Shown here piece by piece: positions 17,723 to 20,000 of a stretch of 20,000 nt of DNA (its first letter is position 1; each line of letters begins with the position of its first letter). Source of the stretch: an uncultured virus (IMG/VR IMGVR_UViG_3300030060_003974) (lineage: Duplodnaviria; Heunggongvirae; Uroviricota; Caudoviricetes). A program made the translations under genes and the position numbers. The stretch is from IMG/VR virus record IMGVR_UViG_3300030060_003974, positions 44,684 to 64,683 of that record. One strand, written 5' to 3'. Below the pieces are notes generated by a model. The model saw only the letters and a program-made list of their open reading frames with translations, searched no databases and was not told the origin of the DNA.

Positions 17723-18132
17723 TTCTTAAAGGTTTTAATAAAGTTATTTACTGTATCATCAAATTTAATTTGATAATCATAATCTCGCATTTGTATACGA
17801 ATTTTGTTGTCACTATTTGCATAAACAAAATATGTATATTCTTCCCAACAGTCATTGCTATTAGGTAGATTAACATAAATATTTCCACGTGGATTATCGT
17901 TTTTTAACGCACATAATGTTAGAGCAGTTAACTCTTCCATCCCATTGGCGTATTTCACTGAGGCAGATGCTTCATTATGAATAACTCCATTGGTCAACGT
18001 AAATTGTTGCAGAATCTCTGCTAATTCAACTCCGTGTGCATCAGGATAACCATCATAGTGTCTATACATAGTTAATAAAGTAGAAGAACCTCTTCCACCA
18101 TTTTCGAAATGTGTTAAACTTCGTGTTCCCAT
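17719..18132 (-). CDS. Conserved hypothetical phage protein (MGTRS...HYDGYP...EYTY type)
   Basis: 137-aa ORF with a motif set seen in many small phage proteins; function unknown. Confidence 0.8.
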   Translation of the reverse strand: MGTRSLTHFENGGRGSSTLLTMYRHYDGYPDAHGVELAEILQQFTLTNGVIHNEASASVKYANGMEELTALTLCALKNDNPRGNIYVNLPNSNDCWEEYTYFVYANSDNKIRIQMRDYDYQIKFDDTVNNFIKTFKK

Positions 18133-18150
18133 AATTGATAGTTTTTATGT

Positions 18151-18209
18151 ATTATAAGACACCTGTGTTTGACAGGCGTTTCGGATTTTAAATCCTCATC
18201 AGTTATAAT
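18151..18209 (-). ncRNA. Hammerhead ribozyme type I (HH4)
   Basis: AUUAUAA-CUGAUGA-GGAU-UUAAA-AUCC-GAAA-CGCCUGU-CAAAC-ACAGGUG-UC-UUAUAAU. A G-U wobble in stem III pairs only on the - strand. Predicted cut between 18158 and 18157. Confidence 0.93.
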
Positions 18210-18517
18210 TGAAATTGTCTAAGAAAATATCTGTACAGGTTTTTGACTCCTACTATTCTATTCTTCCACTGAGCATCTTGTGTTTTGTAAGTTCTAGTGG
18301 TTGTGTCATAGAAGACATTTCCTGAACAATACCATTGATGAAAATGGTATCTTCTAAGATTAGATTTATTCGGTTTACCTTTTAAATCGTATTCAGCGAT
18401 TTTATCTTCAGTTAATTTATCTTTAACCTCTTGTAAACTCCACTTGTATCCATCCTCTTCAAAAAACTCTTGATAGAATCGAAGAAACTTGATACTGTAA
18501 TTGAATTGATTGTACAT
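18203..18517 (-). CDS. Hypothetical protein
   Basis: 104-aa ORF flanked by HH3 and HH4. Confidence 0.75.
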   Translation of the reverse strand: MYNQFNYSIKFLRFYQEFFEEDGYKWSLQEVKDKLTEDKIAEYDLKGKPNKSNLRRYHFHQWYCSGNVFYDTTTRTYKTQDAQWKNRIVGVKNLYRYFLRQFQL

Positions 18518-18530
18518 AATTGATAGTTTT

Positions 18531-18586
18531 GATTAGGACACCTGTTCGCACAGGTGTTTCGGATACTGAATCCTCATCAGCTAATC
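18531..18586 (-). ncRNA. Hammerhead ribozyme type I (HH3)
   Basis: GAUUAG-CUGAUGA-GGAU-UCAGU-AUCC-GAAA-CACCUGU-GCGA-ACAGGUG-UC-CUAAUC; GNRA tetraloop on stem III; predicted cut between 18537 and 18536. Confidence 0.95.
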
Positions 18587-18702
18587 TCAATGTAGAAAAT
18601 CCACATTCCAACATAAAATATCAACCCTAGAAAAACTAGGAAGAATAATTCATAGAAGAAATTGATTGGGTCTTCTTTGATAGATTTAAAAAATTCTCTC
18701 AT
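18577..18702 (-). CDS. Small membrane protein, 41 aa (MREFFKSIKEDPINFFYELFFLVFLGLIFYVGMWIFYIEIS), not in ORF track
   Basis: Translated by hand; one strongly hydrophobic segment. Its TGA stop is the first UGA of the HH3 CUGAUGA core. Confidence 0.7.
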   Translation of the reverse strand: MREFFKSIKEDPINFFYELFFLVFLGLIFYVGMWIFYIEIS

Positions 18703-18720
18703 AATTAATTGTTTTAGTTA

Positions 18721-19113
18721 TTAAAATTTGATTGTCCCTTTACTGTTAACCTCATTGTAATGAGAATCCTTAAACTCTTCTACAAGGAATTCTCTATCTT
18801 CATCACTCAAGATGTTATGCCAGATGAATTCAAACTTCCTGTCGTGAATCGTATCGTGATAGTGATGATGCTCATACAATTTGTCATATCGTTCAACCTC
18901 TCTTTTATGTCTAGCTTCAACTGTCTCTACACGTTGCAGTGCTTCATCCAATTGAATCTGTCTATTTTTGGCTAAACTTGTCCATTGTAAAAGTCCATAG
19001 AGCATCTCAATTTTTGAGGTTTTAAGTGCCTCTTGGACATCTTCCTCAGTATGCTGAGGAAAGTGTCTTAAGAGCATCTCTTTGTCAATAATAATATCAG
19101 TATTTATTTTCAT
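18721..19113 (-). CDS. Hypothetical protein
   Basis: 130-aa ORF; ATGA overlap with the upstream gene. Confidence 0.75.
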   Translation of the reverse strand: MKINTDIIIDKEMLLRHFPQHTEEDVQEALKTSKIEMLYGLLQWTSLAKNRQIQLDEALQRVETVEARHKREVERYDKLYEHHHYHDTIHDRKFEFIWHNILSDEDREFLVEEFKDSHYNEVNSKGTIKF

Positions 19114-19358
19114 AATTTGTTAATTAGATTCAGTGCTTTTTTAATTGTTTTCGCAGTATATTGTGCGTTCTGAAAGTGGAAATAATCTTCGCCAATATTG
19201 GCTAGAAATTCTAGATTCCATTTAACAACATCTAAAGCATTTTTAGAATCGGTTCTTGTGTAACCCTTACTGCACTTTGCAGTAGGTTTTGATGTGTTGA
19301 TGACTGTGCTTTTAGACACTAAATCTTCACACATCTTAAAATACTCATTGTAATTCAT
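19110..19358 (-). CDS. Hypothetical protein
   Basis: 82-aa ORF following HH2. Confidence 0.75.
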   Translation of the reverse strand: MNYNEYFKMCEDLVSKSTVINTSKPTAKCSKGYTRTDSKNALDVVKWNLEFLANIGEDYFHFQNAQYTAKTIKKALNLINKL

Positions 19359-19371
19359 ATTTGATAGTTTT

Positions 19372-19475
19372 GATTAAGACACCTCAGGTCAAAATAGCCA
19401 AATCTGTGATCAGATTTTCGGTCATTTTAACCTGTAAAATAGGTGTTTCGGATAATAAATCCTCATCAGTTAATC
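19372..19475 (-). ncRNA. Hammerhead ribozyme type I (HH2) with long stem III extension
   Basis: GAUUAA-CUGAUGA-GGAU-UUAUU-AUCC-GAAA-CACCU-[56-nt hairpin insert]-AGGUG-UC-UUAAUC; predicted cut between 19378 and 19377. Confidence 0.92.
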
Positions 19476-19877
19476 TTCATCTTCATCTTCATCATCATCT
19501 TCGATTTCAATGTCCCAAGCATCACAAATATCTCGTTTGAGATAGTCGTCATCCTCCCATCTTTCAGCAACCATATTGAAGATATCTTCATCCATATAGA
19601 TTTTGTTATCTTCTTCAAAGTTATATGCGTATGAATTTTTCATAAACGCATCACAGATTGCCTCCAGTAGATTGTCATCATAGTAGTACACATCTTCAAG
19701 TATGCTTGTTTTACCACTCATATCATCAGTAAAAATATAGACATCATAACTGTCTGCAGTTTCCTGTGAATGAATCATATAATCTAGCCCACTAAAATCA
19801 TTATCTGTAATTTCTAATGGAAGATGTTCGTTAACAAATTGCTTGAATGTTAGTACATTTAACTCGTAAGTTTTCAT
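19470..19877 (-). CDS. Highly acidic hypothetical protein
   Basis: 135-aa D/E-rich ORF ending EIEDDDEDEDED, flanked by HH1 and HH2. Confidence 0.8.
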   Translation of the reverse strand: MKTYELNVLTFKQFVNEHLPLEITDNDFSGLDYMIHSQETADSYDVYIFTDDMSGKTSILEDVYYYDDNLLEAICDAFMKNSYAYNFEEDNKIYMDEDIFNMVAERWEDDDYLKRDICDAWDIEIEDDDEDEDED

Positions 19878-19899
19878 AATTTGATAGTTTATTGTGATT

Positions 19900-19955
19900 A
19901 TTATAAGACACCTCTTTCAAGGTGTTTCGGATTTTGAATCCTCATCAGTTATAAT
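19900..19955 (-). ncRNA. Hammerhead ribozyme type I (HH1)
   Basis: AUUAUAA-CUGAUGA-GGAU-UCAAA-AUCC-GAAA-CACCU-UGAAAG-AGGUG-UC-UUAUAAU; predicted GUC cut between 19907 and 19906. Confidence 0.95.
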
Positions 19956-20000
19956 GGTTAAGCATTGTTAATCGCACCCTCATAAGAGGTTAGATTATTA

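Noticed and set aside
6749..19634. Plus-strand ORFs 6749-6931, 9864-10052, 10712-10975, 13265-13465, 14833-15024, 15971-16162, 16582-16794, 18760-18975, 19443-19634 and the nested - strand ORF 14041-14241
   Set aside because: They overlap better-supported - strand genes in a uniformly oriented operon and are most likely spurious.
15625..19937. Conserved pseudoknot between loop II and sequence upstream of stem I
   Set aside because: Pairing is possible for HH3 (UCAGU/AUUGA) and HH2 (UUAUU/GAUGA) but not convincingly for the other five, so it is unsupported as a general feature.
15549..19955. Recurring TTTCGGAT...ATCCTCATCAG repeat read as a CRISPR array or integron attC sites
   Set aside because: The copies are separated by whole genes of variable length and vary in a base-pair-compensating way. 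No cas or integrase gene is in the window, and the hammerhead consensus explains the conserved bases.
15549..19955. The same repeats read as intrinsic terminators or phage promoters
   Set aside because: On the coding strand the stem III hairpins are followed by UC plus stem I, not a U tract. The invariant bases are the single-stranded hammerhead core, while the paired positions covary.
1..20000. Alternative genetic code (stop codon reassignment)
   Set aside because: Genes are intact and tightly packed under the standard code, and TAA, TAG and TGA all occur as apparent true stops.
19958..20000. 3' end of a gene upstream of HH1 (…NNLTSYEGAINNA stop at 19958)
   Set aside because: Only about 40 nt are visible, too little to establish a frame; not reported as a feature.

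Overview
AT-rich dsDNA bacteriophage segment, probably infecting Bacteroidota (inferred from a TTG-N20-TAnnTTTG promoter, A-rich leaders lacking Shine-Dalgarno sites and a BT4734/VirE_N-type primase). Bases 1-4530 (+) hold the 3' part of a very large, probably virion-associated gene and one small gene. Bases 4521-13548 (-) are a replication/recombination module: metallophosphoesterase, two DnaA-C-terminal-like HTH proteins, VRR-NUC nuclease, SF2 helicase, primase-helicase, SSB, RecE-like exonuclease, annealing protein and DUF3310-like protein. Bases 13692-20000 (-) are an early/accessory region of small genes, including a C5 cytosine methyltransferase. The main result is that seven intergenic spacers in 15549-19955 each encode, on the sense (-) strand, a complete type I hammerhead ribozyme (stem I-CUGAUGA-stem II-GAAA-stem III-NUH-stem I) with compensatory changes in all three stems. 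Six of the seven overlap the upstream stop codon, and each is predicted to cut 19-29 nt before the next AUG. This suggests a ribozyme-based system that cuts a polycistronic early mRNA into units. A second, unidentified covarying RNA motif occupies two further spacers. Protein family calls come from motif recognition only; no searches were run.
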